A stretch of DNA of 64,000 bases from an uncultured Elusimicrobia bacterium (GTDB taxonomy: Bacteria > Elusimicrobiota > Elusimicrobia > 2-01-FULL-59-12). The position numbers and the translations under genes are program-made. The DNA is taken from positions 256,001-320,000 of the forward strand of contig OY969767.1 in assembly GCA_963702895.1 (NCBI GenBank), given 5' to 3'. The first letter of the stretch is position 1. The number at the start of each line of letters is the position of its first letter. The notes beneath the pieces are model-generated. The model saw only the letters and a program-made list of their open reading frames with translations, was not told the origin of the DNA and ran no database searches. This document shows positions 30,913-40,987 of the stretch, piece by piece.

Positions 30913-31667
30913 CCAAATCGACCTGTGATATAAGCTTCGGTTCTGGGGTCTTTCGGGTTCGTGAACAGGGTTGCCGTCGAGTCCGCCTCCACCATCTCTC
31001 CCATGAGAAGGAAGACGGTCCGGTCCGAAACACGGGAGGCTTGTTTCACATTGTTGGTCACGAGCACCACTCCGATTTCTGTTTTTAAGTCCGTGAGCGC
31101 TTCTTCAATCTTGGCGGTGGAAATGGGGTCCAGTCCCGAGCAGGGCTCATCCAACAGCAGGACATCCGGTTCGACCATCAGAGAGCGTGCCAGGCAGAGA
31201 CGTTGTTGTTGGCCGCCGGAAAGATTGCCGGCCTTTTCGTGTAACCGGTCTTTCACTTCCTCCCACAAAGAAGCGCGCGTGAGACACTTTTCCATCATCT
31301 CGCGGAGTGCTTGGGGTGTCGTGGACCGATGCAAGTGAGGGCCGAAGGCCAAATTCTCATAAATCGACATCGGCAAAGAGATCGGGACAGAGAAGACAAT
31401 TCCTACGCGGCGCCGAATTTCCACCACGTCAACCCCCGCGCCGTAGACCGCTTGGCCAGCCAAGAAAAGCTCTCCTGAGACGCGAAGCTCTTTGTCCAGA
31501 TCAATCATGCGATTGAGGGCCCTCAGGAGGGTGGTTTTGCCGCTCCCCGCGGGCCCGATGACGGAAAGCAGTTCGCCGATGCGTATTTGGATGGAGATCG
31601 GCTGCAGAAGCGGTTTCCCTTGACAAGAGACGGCGAGCCCCTTCGTTTCCATGAGGGGAGAATTCAT
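30909..31667 (-). CDS. pstB: Phosphate ABC ATPase PstB (degenerate Q-loop and H-switch)
   Basis: [29 protein letters not shown]-like 'YITGRFG'; ATG 31667 overlaps the pstA stop. Confidence 0.9.
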   Translation of the reverse strand: MNSPLMETKGLAVSCQGKPLLQPISIQIRIGELLSVIGPAGSGKTTLLRALNRMIDLDKELRVSGELFLAGQAVYGAGVDVVEIRRRVGIVFSVPISLPMSIYENLAFGPHLHRSTTPQALREMMEKCLTRASLWEEVKDRLHEKAGNLSGGQQQRLCLARSLMVEPDVLLLDEPCSGLDPISTAKIEEALTDLKTEIGVVLVTNNVKQASRVSDRTVFLLMGEMVEADSTATLFTNPKDPRTEAYITGRFG

Positions 31668-32554
31668 CGCGACGCTCTCAACTTCCGCCTGATCTTGGAG
31701 CGTATCCATATGGCCGTAAAGTTGAGGGCGAAGGTCACGGCCAAAAGCACAAAGACGGTCGCATAGAGTATCGGCTTGGTCGCCTCGACGTCTGGTGATT
31801 GGGTTGCCATGACGTAGATGTGGTAACCCATTTCCATGAATTGATCATTAAGTTTCTTAGGAAGGTAGGGAAGGTAATAAGCCGCTCCTGTAAAAAGGAT
31901 CGGGGCCACTTCGCCAGCGCCCCGGCTGATCGCGAGGATCCCACCCGTGAGCATGCCGCCCACAGCCTGGGGAAGAACGATTTTGCGTATCATTTGGAGG
32001 CGTGTGGCGCCCAGGGAATACGCCACCTCACGAAAAGAGACAGGTATCGCGCGAAGCGATTCTTCTGTCGCGACCACTACGGTGGGCAGCGTAAGGAGCG
32101 CCATGGTGAGCGCGGCCCATAGGATCGCAGGCTGGCCCCAGACCATGGCCCCACCGAAAAAGAACCGGTCGATCCCCCGCCCCACGAACTGGATAAAAAA
32201 TCCTAATCCAAAGAGCCCGTATACGATGGCGGGCACACCAGCAAGGTTCTGGATGGCCAATCGGACGAGCTCCACCAGGCGAGAGCCTTTCGGCGCGTAT
32301 TCATGGAGATAGATCGCTGTCATCACGCCAAGGGGAATGACAAAAAGGGTCATGAGCGTCACCAGAAAAAGGGTCCCGAAAATGGCCGGGAAAATACCGC
32401 CGGCGGTCATGCCCAGCTCGGGGGAACTCACGAGGAATTTCCAGCTCAGCATGGCCCAACCGTGGATGGCGATATTGCCGAGAATAAGCGCCACCATGAT
32501 GACGATGGCCAAGGCGCAGAGGCCGGTGAGCGCGACAAAGGCTTTCCCGATCAT
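31664..32554 (-). CDS. pstA: Phosphate ABC permease PstA
   Basis: 'NLAGVPAIVYGLFG', 'ISRGAGEVAP'; ATG 32554 coupled to the pstC stop. Confidence 0.93.
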   Translation of the reverse strand: MIGKAFVALTGLCALAIVIMVALILGNIAIHGWAMLSWKFLVSSPELGMTAGGIFPAIFGTLFLVTLMTLFVIPLGVMTAIYLHEYAPKGSRLVELVRLAIQNLAGVPAIVYGLFGLGFFIQFVGRGIDRFFFGGAMVWGQPAILWAALTMALLTLPTVVVATEESLRAIPVSFREVAYSLGATRLQMIRKIVLPQAVGGMLTGGILAISRGAGEVAPILFTGAAYYLPYLPKKLNDQFMEMGYHIYVMATQSPDVEATKPILYATVFVLLAVTFALNFTAIWIRSKIRRKLRASR

Positions 32555-33534
32555 TACACGCCCAGCACTTTCTTTTGGAGACGCTTCACGAACCAATGCC
32601 CAAAGAGGTTCAGGACGAAAGTAAAGATAAAGAGCATCGTTCCCACAAAAAAGAGGGTGTGGTAATGCGCGCTCCCCACAACCACCTCGCCTAGTTCCGC
32701 TGCGATCGTGGCCGAAAGCGTCCGGATGGGTTTCTCGAGTGTCCACGTGTAAACGGGCGCGTTGCCTGAAGACATGAGGACAATCATGGTCTCCCCGATC
32801 GCGCGGCCGAATCCCAGGACGCAAGCGGCCAGAATCCCGGGCAGCGCCGCGGGGAAGACGACGCGCCAGGCGGTTTGCCAGCTCGAGGCTCCCATCGCGA
32901 TGGACGCTTCGCGGTAGCTGCGTGGAACAGCCGTGAGCGCGTCATCGGCCACCGTGAAAACGATCGGAATGACGGCCAGCCCAAGAGCAATGCCGGCATT
33001 GATGGCGTTCAGTCGGTAGACGACTCCAAAGAGGTTTTGGACATAGCTGGCCATGACCATGAGGGCGAAAAAACCAAGCACGACCGACGGGATGCCGGCC
33101 AAGAGTTCGATCACGGGTTTCAGGACCTCTTTCATCCAGTTGGGCGCGAATTCCGACGTGAAGAGCGCCGCCCCTAGCGCCAAAGGGGTCGCAAAGAGCA
33201 TGGCGACAAAGGTCGCCTTGAGCGTCCCAATAAACAGGGGATAAAGGGAATATTTTGGAATGAGAGACACAGGTTGCCAGGAAAAGCGTCCATCTTGCGG
33301 AAGAAATAACAGGCGCCAATTCGATTCTTTTTGGATTTCTTCAGAGAGTAAGATCGGGAGCGCTTCTTTGCCGATAAAGACGAAAATGAGGAGCAGCCCG
33401 ATGATGGCGACAAAAGCGCTGGCATAAATCACGCCCTCCACGAGGGCTTCGATCCAGGCTAGGCGTGAAGGTTGTGACGGAGCGCTTGCTAGCGGTGCCG
33501 CTTGGCGAGGGGAAAGTATCCCACCTCTTGGCAT
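32554..33534 (-). CDS. pstC: Phosphate ABC permease PstC
   Basis: 'ELLAGIPSVV', 'GRAIGETM'; start approximate. Confidence 0.93.
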   Translation of the reverse strand: MPRGGILSPRQAAPLASAPSQPSRLAWIEALVEGVIYASAFVAIIGLLLIFVFIGKEALPILLSEEIQKESNWRLLFLPQDGRFSWQPVSLIPKYSLYPLFIGTLKATFVAMLFATPLALGAALFTSEFAPNWMKEVLKPVIELLAGIPSVVLGFFALMVMASYVQNLFGVVYRLNAINAGIALGLAVIPIVFTVADDALTAVPRSYREASIAMGASSWQTAWRVVFPAALPGILAACVLGFGRAIGETMIVLMSSGNAPVYTWTLEKPIRTLSATIAAELGEVVVGSAHYHTLFFVGTMLFIFTFVLNLFGHWFVKRLQKKVLGV

Positions 33535-34472
33535 ATCTTCTGTCCTTCTGGTCCCAGGACCCAATCGATAAAGGTCTTTGCGTTTCCTTCAGGCTTGCCT
33601 GCGATATAAAAAAAGAGAGAGCGCGAAAGAGGATACGTTCCACGTTCCACGTTCCCCATCGATGGCGCAAGCGCGGGGCTTTTGTCATCCTTGCTCACCT
33701 TGAGGAGCTTGGTCCCTTTCGAGTAGGCAATACCCCCGTATCCGATGGCGCGCTTGTCTTTACTGACGGCGTTGATGACAGCCGCAGTGCCTGGCAAACT
33801 CAGGACATCCGGGGCGAAATCCTCATTTTTAAGAACATGTTCTTTGAAGAAGGCGTACGTGCCCGAGTTGTTTTCTCGGCCGTAGGCCACAATGGGCCCA
33901 AGCGGAGAGCCCAGCTCTTCCCAACGCGTCATTTGGCCGGTGTAAATGGCCATGAGTTGCGGCATCGAAATGCTCTCAATTGGATTTAGCTCGTCCACAT
34001 AAACCGACAGACCGTCCAAAGCGACGGCAATTTCGCTCACGTCTCGGCCACGCTTCGCTTTGACCGTCGCTTTTTCTTCCGCCTTCATCGGTCGTGATGC
34101 CTGGGCGATGTCCGTCCCTCCATTAATGAGTGCTGCGATCCCGGTGCCAGAGCCACCGCCGGTCACCTGCACAACGGTCTCCGGGTGGGTCTTCATATAG
34201 GTCTCAGCCCATCGCTGAGCGAGGATGACCATGGTGTCGGAGCCCTTGATGGTGATCGATGCCGCTGCTTGTGCGGGAGCCGCTGCCGAAATCATAACCA
34301 GGAAGAAGGCGACCAGGCGGACCGCCCATCCGCCTCCGCACGGCACCACGCGCTCAGCGCGTGGGGGAATGCTTCGGCGGATGTCCGCCGTAGCCTTGGC
34401 GAAGGCGGTCATAAAAAGATGCCACGGGCTCTGCCCGTGGGGCTGCCATTTTGAAAGACAACATAGTCTCAT
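33489..34472 (-). CDS. pstS: Phosphate-binding protein PstS (operon 1)
   Basis: 'IKGSDTM', 'GGGSGTG', 'RENNSGT', 'YPLSRSL'; RBS ggggg before ATG 34472. Confidence 0.9.
   Translation of the reverse strand: MRLCCLSKWQPHGQSPWHLFMTAFAKATADIRRSIPPRAERVVPCGGGWAVRLVAFFLVMISAAAPAQAAASITIKGSDTMVILAQRWAETYMKTHPETVVQVTGGGSGTGIAALINGGTDIAQASRPMKAEEKATVKAKRGRDVSEIAVALDGLSVYVDELNPIESISMPQLMAIYTGQMTRWEELGSPLGPIVAYGRENNSGTYAFFKEHVLKNEDFAPDVLSLPGTAAVINAVSKDKRAIGYGGIAYSKGTKLLKVSKDDKSPALAPSMGNVERGTYPLSRSLFFYIAGKPEGNAKTFIDWVLGPEGQKICQEVGYFPLAKRHR
34328..34441. repeat. Nested palindromic repeats inside the pstS 5' coding region
   Basis: tccgcctccgc[...ccacgcgctcagcgcgtgg...]gcttcggcgga, then gtccgccgtagccttggcgaaggcgg, then ccacgggctctgcccgtgg. 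Confidence 0.7.
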
Positions 34473-34506
34473 AACGTCCCCCTTTTTCCCATTGTAGTTG
34501 CGGTCG

Positions 34507-34545
34507 GTGACATCAAGATGACAAGTACGTGACAACCGTATGACA
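34507..34545 (-). promoter_or_regulatory. Double Pho box upstream of pstS operon 1
   Basis: Minus strand TGTCAT-N5-TGTCAC-N5-TGTCAT-N5-TGTCAC (11-bp period), then 10 nt to TACAAT (-10). Confidence 0.9.
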
Positions 34546-34640
34546 TGGTACAAGATCCTCTCTCGGGGGTGCCATTGTTCAGCGCGTGTTGGATGTGGTC
34601 AGAACAGAATGCAGACTCTTAGCCGGGAAACTGCAGTTGC

Positions 34641-34725
34641 CGTCACCCCGGCGGATTGTTAGCCGGGGTCTATCATCGACGTAAAAATATGATGGATCCC
34701 CCCCTTACGACCGGGGGGGATGACG
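34641..34725 (+). repeat. Palindromic REP-like element, family A copy 3
   Basis: cgtcaccccggc..gccggggtctatcat..atgatggatccccccc..gggggggatgacg. Confidence 0.85.
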
Positions 34726-34831
34726 GTACAAAAAAGTCCCGACGTCTCAGTCGATAAAGAACGTTCAACAGAACTTTTCCGGTTAGTGATGAAGGGCTGC
34801 GGTCGCGGGTTCGGGAGAGTCGGTCGAGGCG

Positions 34832-35512
34832 CTAGGGAGTCGGGAGAGCAACTTGACTCTCCGCATGGTGGCGGATATCTTTTCCTGCAATCACAAAGAC
34901 AACGTCCTCAGCGATGTTCGTGGCATGGTCGGCGATGCGTTCCAGGTTTCGCGAAATCAGGATGAGATCAATCGCGCGCTTGATGGTGGTTGGGTCTGAG
35001 ATCATATAGGTCAAGAGTTCCCGAAAGACTTGCAGCTTGAGATCGTCCACCTGATCGTCGCGGACCAGAACCGAACGAGCGAGATTCTCATCCCGATTAA
35101 CAAACGAGTCCAGAGCGTCTTTCAACATGGCGCTGGCGATTTGTGCCATGCGCGGGACATCGATCAGGGGCTTCAGCGGTGGCTCTTCCAAGAGATATTC
35201 TGTTGTCTGGCTGATATTGACCGCTTGATCGCCGATTCGTTCGAGGTCCGAATTGATTTTCATCGCGGCGGTGATAAACCGGAGATCAGACGCCGCGGGC
35301 TGGTGGAGGGCGATCATCCGGAGGCACCGCTCATCGATCTCAATCTGGAGTTTGTTGACGTCCTCTTCCTGCCGGTATACGGTTCGGGTCAGTTCGCGCT
35401 TGCGCTCGGTCAGAGCTTTGATGGCGATATGGATCATGGTCTCCGTCAGGCTCCCCATCGAAAGGATGCGCTCTTTAACCTGCTGTAAATCCTGGTCAAA
35501 ATGTCGTTCCAT
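34832..35512 (-). CDS. phoU: Phosphate signalling protein PhoU (copy 2)
   Basis: Same motifs as copy 1; about 20 differences over about 218 aa by manual count. Confidence 0.95.
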   Translation of the reverse strand: MERHFDQDLQQVKERILSMGSLTETMIHIAIKALTERKRELTRTVYRQEEDVNKLQIEIDERCLRMIALHQPAASDLRFITAAMKINSDLERIGDQAVNISQTTEYLLEEPPLKPLIDVPRMAQIASAMLKDALDSFVNRDENLARSVLVRDDQVDDLKLQVFRELLTYMISDPTTIKRAIDLILISRNLERIADHATNIAEDVVFVIAGKDIRHHAESQVALPTP

Positions 35513-36315
35513 TATCCGAACCTCCCTGTGATGTAATCTTCGGTAAGTGGGTTAGAAGGGTTTGTGAAAATCTTTTCCGTCCGGTCGAATTCGGCGAGCC
35601 CCCCCAGGTACATGAAGCCGGTGTAGTCGGAGATTCGCCCTGCTTGTTGCATATTGTGCGTGACGATGAGGATTGTGACCTTCTTTTTAAGCTCACTGAT
35701 CAGTTCTTCGATCTTGGCTGTCGCGATCGGGTCTAGGGCGGAGGTCGGCTCATCAAAAAGGAGGATCTCCGGGTCTGTCGCCAGGGCGCGCGCGATACAG
35801 AGCCGCTGCTGCTGTCCCCCGGAAAGCGCGAACGCCTGCTGGTACAGACGGTCTTTGACCTCGTCCCACAAGGCTGCGTCGACGAGCGCTTTCTCAACAC
35901 GGTCATCCAGCTCCATTTTAGGCATAGACTCTCTGATCCTAACGCCATAGGCGACGTTCTCATGTATGGTTTTGGGAAAAGGATTCGGCTTTTGGAAGAC
36001 CATGCTGGCGCGCATGCGAACCTCGATGGGATCAACCTCAGGCCCTACCAGATTCACATTATCGGGATGGAGAATGATTTCTCCCTCGTATCGGTTGCCA
36101 GGGTAGAGATCATGCATCCGGTTGAAGCAGCGCAGGAATGTTGTTTTGCCGCATCCGGAAGGTCCGATCAAGGCGGTCACTTTCTTTTCGGTGATGGTGA
36201 CCGATAGGTTTTTTAAGGCTTGGTAGTTGCCGTAATGGAAACTAAAGTCTCTCACTTCGGCCTTGATGCTCGTTGGGGTGGTCGCCGGTCTCTCCAGACG
36301 TTCTGTTCCTACCAT
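35512..36315 (-). CDS. pstB: Phosphate ABC ATPase PstB (canonical)
   Basis: [41 protein letters not shown]. Confidence 0.95.
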   Translation of the reverse strand: MVGTERLERPATTPTSIKAEVRDFSFHYGNYQALKNLSVTITEKKVTALIGPSGCGKTTFLRCFNRMHDLYPGNRYEGEIILHPDNVNLVGPEVDPIEVRMRASMVFQKPNPFPKTIHENVAYGVRIRESMPKMELDDRVEKALVDAALWDEVKDRLYQQAFALSGGQQQRLCIARALATDPEILLFDEPTSALDPIATAKIEELISELKKKVTILIVTHNMQQAGRISDYTGFMYLGGLAEFDRTEKIFTNPSNPLTEDYITGRFG

Positions 36316-37217
36316 TTGATATTCCTCCGCGTGCGATAGCGCAAATAAATGGCCATGCCGTTCATGAGCAGCGTCATCGCCATGACCACCAGGCCTGCGG
36401 CCGCTGCGTTTAAATGAAAAGACGCCTGTGGTCGTGACACCCAGTTAAAAATCTGTATGGGCAAAACGGTGTAAGGTGAGCGGAGCCACTCGAACGAAAG
36501 AAAAGGGAACTGCCCTTGAATGGGCGAAGGCGGCAGAAAGGCGATGTAGGTCAGGGCGCCGATGGTGATCAGGGGCGCGCTCTCCCCTATGGCACGAGAC
36601 AGGCCGATGATGACGCCCGTGAGGATGCCACCCGATGAGTAGGGGAGTACATGATGCTTGAGGGTTTGCCACCGGGTCGCGCCGAGGGCGTAGGCGGCTT
36701 CCCGGATACTGCCAGGGATAGCGCGAACCGCTTCGCGCGTCGCGATAATGACAATGGGAAGAATCAAGAGCGCAAGCGTCAAGCCTGCCGTGATGACGCT
36801 TTGCCCAAGCCGGAATTGGTATACAAAGAGCCCTAAAGCCATCAGGCCATAGACGATAGACGGAACGCCGGCGAGATTGGCGATATTGATCTCAATCACG
36901 TGGGTGAGCCAGTTCTTGCGAGCATATTCTTCGAGATAAAGCCCGGCGGCGACCCCCAGAGGAACAGCGCTCAAAGCGGTCACGAGCATCACCACGAGCG
37001 TCCCCACCCAGGCCGACAAGATTCCGGCTTTGTTGGCAAAACGCGACGGGTAGGAAAAGAAGAACTTAAGGGAAAGTCTCGGGAAGCCGTCCATGGCCAG
37101 ATTGATTAGAAGCGCCATTAAGGTCACCAGGCACACCAGGAGACAAATGAGTCCGAGAAAAGAAAAGGCCTTGTCCCACCGCTTTCTTCGTGAGATGCCG
37201 ACGCGAAGGTCTTTCAT
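36309..37217 (-). CDS. pstA: Phosphate ABC permease PstA (operon 2)
   Basis: '[14 protein letters not shown]', '[10 protein letters not shown]'; ATG 37217 coupled to the pstC stop. Confidence 0.93.
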   Translation of the reverse strand: MKDLRVGISRRKRWDKAFSFLGLICLLVCLVTLMALLINLAMDGFPRLSLKFFFSYPSRFANKAGILSAWVGTLVVMLVTALSAVPLGVAAGLYLEEYARKNWLTHVIEINIANLAGVPSIVYGLMALGLFVYQFRLGQSVITAGLTLALLILPIVIIATREAVRAIPGSIREAAYALGATRWQTLKHHVLPYSSGGILTGVIIGLSRAIGESAPLITIGALTYIAFLPPSPIQGQFPFLSFEWLRSPYTVLPIQIFNWVSRPQASFHLNAAAAGLVVMAMTLLMNGMAIYLRYRTRRNIKW

Positions 37218-38221
37218 CAATACACTTCCCGATAACGGCGCTTGAGCAAAAACCCAATAATGTTGAAGACGAGGGTCATCAACATCAGCGTGAGGCCGGC
37301 GACGAAAATGGTTTGATACCCCACGCTTCCATGCGGCAAATCTCCCAGTGCGACCTGGACAATGTAGGCCGTGATCGTCGCGGCCTGTTCCATGGGGTTC
37401 CAGGTCAGTTGCGGCTGCATGCCGGCCGCGATCGCCACCACCATGGTTTCTCCGATGGCGCGCGAAAACGCCAGCACGTAGGCCGATGAGATGCCCGAGG
37501 CCGCTGCGGGGACCACGACGCGCAAGGCAGTCTGGAACTTGGTCGCTCCGACCGCATAGGAGGCCTCTCTCAAGTCCATCGGGACCGATTTCATCGCGTC
37601 CTCGCTCATCGAACTGACGTAAGGAATGATCATCACGCCGAGAACAAGGCCGGCGCTCAGCATATTGAAACTGGGCAGCCCCGGGATCATCTTCTGGAGG
37701 AGCGGTGTCACAAAGAGGAGCGCAAAATAACCGAACACCACCGTGGGCACAGCGCTCAGAAGTTCTAGAAAGGGCTTGGTCACTTCGCGAAGTTTGGGCG
37801 GGGCATATTCGCTCAAGTAAATTGCCGCGATCGTCCCAACGGGAATGGAGAAGAGCAGGGCGATGCCTGCTGTCACCAGAGTCCCGGACAGAAGGGGAAG
37901 AATGCCGTAGTGCGGCTCGCTGAAGAGCGGCGTCCACTGAGTGTCGGTGAGGAACTCCACAATGGAGACCTGGCGAAAAAACCGCATGGACTCTGTCAGC
38001 AAAATCCCAACAATTCCTATGGTGACAAAGATCGATGAAGCCGCTGCCAAGAGCAAAGCCACTTCAATCAATCGTTCGCGTATTTGTTGAGCGCGGCTAT
38101 GCCTGCGTCTCAAAGGTGGGCGGACGGGAAGATCCACCTTCAGAGGCGCGCCGGGCGGTGTCGTCCGGCGCGCCAGAGAAGAGGGTGTAACGGGCTTCTC
38201 CATCACGATGGAGTCAGCCAT
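37217..38221 (-). CDS. pstC: Phosphate ABC permease PstC (operon 2)
   Basis: 'TDTQWTPLF', 'SRAIGETMVV'. Confidence 0.93.
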   Translation of the reverse strand: MADSIVMEKPVTPSSLARRTTPPGAPLKVDLPVRPPLRRRHSRAQQIRERLIEVALLLAAASSIFVTIGIVGILLTESMRFFRQVSIVEFLTDTQWTPLFSEPHYGILPLLSGTLVTAGIALLFSIPVGTIAAIYLSEYAPPKLREVTKPFLELLSAVPTVVFGYFALLFVTPLLQKMIPGLPSFNMLSAGLVLGVMIIPYVSSMSEDAMKSVPMDLREASYAVGATKFQTALRVVVPAAASGISSAYVLAFSRAIGETMVVAIAAGMQPQLTWNPMEQAATITAYIVQVALGDLPHGSVGYQTIFVAGLTLMLMTLVFNIIGFLLKRRYREVY

Positions 38222-38228
38222 GGAACGT

Positions 38229-39227
38229 TCAGCTCACGAGCCGCTTGGCTAGAATCTCGTGGATATTCAGCCCCACGGCATTCTTGCCGCCAAAGGCGGT
38301 GCCGGTCTTTCCCTCTTGGGCTCGGGACTGGATTTTCTGATACGCCTTCTCATCCAGAGGGACATATTTCACTTCTTTGACGAGTCGTTTGGCGTTCTGG
38401 AGGTAGAACTCGACAAACTGTTTCACTTCTGGCTTCGTCAGCGACTTCTTGCTCACGTAGATGAAGATAGGCCGAGACAGAGGCGCGTAGGTCCCGTTAT
38501 CGACGTTAGCCATGGAAGGTTCCACGGCCCCCTTGCCGCCGTCCACTTTGAGGGCCTTCAGTTTGTCCTGATTTTCAATGTAGTAGGCAAACCCGAAGTA
38601 ACCCAGAGCGTGGGGGTCCTTCGCCACGCCTTGGACGAGCACGTTATCATCTTCGCTTGCCGTATAATCGCCTCGGCTGGCTTTCGATTTCCCATTGATG
38701 GCTTCGGTGAAGTAATCAAAGGTGCCAGAGTCCGATCCGGGGCCAAAGAGAGACAGCTTCTGATTCGGCCAGGAGGCTTTGACGTCGCTCCACTTGCTCA
38801 CGGCTCCCTGAGCGGTCGGTTCCCACATTCGCTTGAGCTCGGCGACGGTTATGGAGTCAAGGAAGGTGTTCTGTTTGCTCGTGACGACTGTTAGAGCATC
38901 ATAAGCAACAGGCAGTTCAATGTATTGAATACCGCTCTCCCAGCATCCATCCATCTCCTTCTTGGAAATGGGCCGCGACGCGTCCGAAATGTCGATTTCA
39001 CCCCGACAGAACTTCTTGAAGCCGCCTCCCGTTCCCGATATTCCCACGGTCACCTTGGTGCCGGGGTTTGCTTTCAGGAATTCCTCCGCGACCGCTTCCG
39101 TGATGGGGTACACCGTACTGGAGCCGTCTATTTTAATGATGGGACTCTCGGCGGAGCTTGGTGAGATCCCCAAGGGAGCCACGAAGGCTGCGCAGAGCAA
39201 GCTTCTGAGCCACTGTTCTATTCTCAT
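38229..39227 (-). CDS. pstS: Phosphate-binding protein PstS (operon 2)
   Basis: 'DGSSTVYPI', 'SGTGGGFKKF', 'SGTFDYF', 'SEDDNVLV'; RBS aaggag. Confidence 0.93.
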   Translation of the reverse strand: MRIEQWLRSLLCAAFVAPLGISPSSAESPIIKIDGSSTVYPITEAVAEEFLKANPGTKVTVGISGTGGGFKKFCRGEIDISDASRPISKKEMDGCWESGIQYIELPVAYDALTVVTSKQNTFLDSITVAELKRMWEPTAQGAVSKWSDVKASWPNQKLSLFGPGSDSGTFDYFTEAINGKSKASRGDYTASEDDNVLVQGVAKDPHALGYFGFAYYIENQDKLKALKVDGGKGAVEPSMANVDNGTYAPLSRPIFIYVSKKSLTKPEVKQFVEFYLQNAKRLVKEVKYVPLDEKAYQKIQSRAQEGKTGTAFGGKNAVGLNIHEILAKRLVS

Positions 39228-39256
39228 CGTATTTCTCCTTTTCAAAGTTGTGCTCA

Positions 39257-40450
39257 TTAGAATTTAAAGACCGCATCGATTTGGAGCCGATTGATATTGG
39301 CGGGTCGATGCGTGGTGGAAGCCGCATAGGGGTAGCTGGTGTTGATGAACGGATTGGTCCTCTCCGTGATGAAATACTTGGTCTGGAGAGTGAAGAAATC
39401 CGTGAAGGCGTGCGCCAGCCAGAAGATGTAACCCTTGCGGTTGGTTCCCCCGTTGCCCCAGTCCGAGTCTGCGAAGTCCGAGAGGGTGGCATTGGCTTCG
39501 GAATACTTATGGAAGACGCCGCCTTCCGTCTGGCCCGCGGTCTTGGCGCTTCCCACGATGAGGCCGAATTGATAACCCGTATCGAAACCATTGGCCCTCT
39601 TCGAATCGACATTTCGAACGAAGTCCGCCTGCACGCGCATCGGAACCAGGGCCTGGAAACCAACTTCGGTCATCAGGTGCAGCATATTAAACTCACCGGC
39701 CAGTCGAGTTCCCTGCCCGTTGACGCGGGTGTTGTCGCCCTGAATGACGGTGGAATCGAACGCTCCCGTTGAGTGCAGAACGCTCTGGGTCTCGTTGGTC
39801 ACGTTGTAGTTGGCCACAGCCAAATTCCAGCGCACTCCTCCTCCGAGTTTGGTTCGTACCCCAATTTGGTTTCCAAAGAGCCATGGGTCTTTCTTGCTGG
39901 TGCTTATTTCATTGACGGGAGCCTGCATGAAGTTACCAAAGACGTTCACAATATCATTGACGTCATAGGAGGCTTGTTCTGAAAATCCCTCGGGGTTCAG
40001 GTCTCCGTCCCAAATCAGATCACTGGAATAGAGGCGCCAGAAGGGATTTTCTTGCTTTCCGGCATGGACCTTGAACAAATCCCCACCCTTATAAGTCACA
40101 TAAGCCTGATCGATGTAGATATTTTTTTGATTCCAGCCATTGCTGAAGGTTTGATTGGTCGAAGTCTGCTCTCCCGTTCCGGAAGCCAGGCGGAAGGTGG
40201 CCATCCATTTGTCCATCTCCGCTTTGACGCCAAAACGAAGCCGCATTCTCTGCCGGTGACGGTCATCCGCACCGGGAATCAGAAAAGACTCCTGACGAAG
40301 ACGCAAATCGCCGCCAAACGTCAACTTATTCGTGCTGCTCGTGGAGCCCTCCATGGCTGCTCCGTATAAAGAGCCAACGCTTTGGACAGCCACAAACATG
40401 GCGCCCAGGATGACCCATTTATAGGATTTGATTCTGCTCATTAAGTTCAT
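39257..40450 (-). CDS. Putative (phosphate-associated) outer-membrane porin
   Basis: Signal peptide, 'FGGDLRLRQE', 'DLIWDGDLNPEG', C-terminal 'RLQIDAVFKF'; RBS aggag. Confidence 0.8.
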   Translation of the reverse strand: MNLMSRIKSYKWVILGAMFVAVQSVGSLYGAAMEGSTSSTNKLTFGGDLRLRQESFLIPGADDRHRQRMRLRFGVKAEMDKWMATFRLASGTGEQTSTNQTFSNGWNQKNIYIDQAYVTYKGGDLFKVHAGKQENPFWRLYSSDLIWDGDLNPEGFSEQASYDVNDIVNVFGNFMQAPVNEISTSKKDPWLFGNQIGVRTKLGGGVRWNLAVANYNVTNETQSVLHSTGAFDSTVIQGDNTRVNGQGTRLAGEFNMLHLMTEVGFQALVPMRVQADFVRNVDSKRANGFDTGYQFGLIVGSAKTAGQTEGGVFHKYSEANATLSDFADSDWGNGGTNRKGYIFWLAHAFTDFFTLQTKYFITERTNPFINTSYPYAASTTHRPANINRLQIDAVFKF

Positions 40451-40523
40451 TTTCTGGTTTCTCCTTTTTTTGTCCGAGTTAGTTCGGACGTCGTTTCTTC
40501 CCATTATTTACCTATGATGAGAA

Positions 40524-40568
40524 TGACGGGCGGCACCCGCGAAAAGGGGAAAAGGGTGCCGCCCGTCA
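40524..40568. repeat. 15-bp perfect inverted repeat in the porin leader
   Basis: tgacgggcggcaccc-N15-gggtgccgcccgtca. Confidence 0.75.
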
Positions 40569-40671
40569 ATAGTGTTACTACCCCTCGATTCCCCTTTTTT
40601 CATGTCACTGAATCCTTGCTTGACCAAATCGGTGGGACCCGAAACCAGCCCCTCCTTTGTAGCGCGCTTGG

Positions 40672-40971
40672 CTAGGCAGCCTCTCGTAGTTTCTTCAGGC
40701 TTGTTTCAATGAGTCCCAGCTGGCAGCGCAGGGCGCCCTCTTCGAGGTCGCCCAAGTCCAGCTCGTCCATGACGCCGTTTAAGATCTCGATCTGGCGCTG
40801 GACAGCGGCGCGCACGTATTCTTTCCGATTCTCTTGTATACCTGTACATCTTTCATCCCGTTCGCGGGCTGCCCATACGAGCGCCAGCGGGGGTATTGTT
40901 GTCACCATGCCAGTGACCTCCTTGCATTTATGTATTTTCATTCGTCTCATTTTAAGCGGCCTGGGTTTCAA
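40672..40971 (-). CDS. Small hypothetical protein
   Basis: Fills the gap on the operon strand just downstream of a Pho-box-like site; start uncertain. Confidence 0.45.
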   Translation of the reverse strand: MKPRPLKMRRMKIHKCKEVTGMVTTIPPLALVWAARERDERCTGIQENRKEYVRAAVQRQIEILNGVMDELDLGDLEEGALRCQLGLIETSLKKLREAA

Positions 40972-40987
40972 GATCTATAGTTGCTAG

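Noticed and set aside
37218..37937. 240-codon upstream extension of pstA (542-aa ORF)
   Set aside because: Overlaps pstC in another frame; the true pstA start is coupled to the pstC stop at 37217; no slippery site noticed
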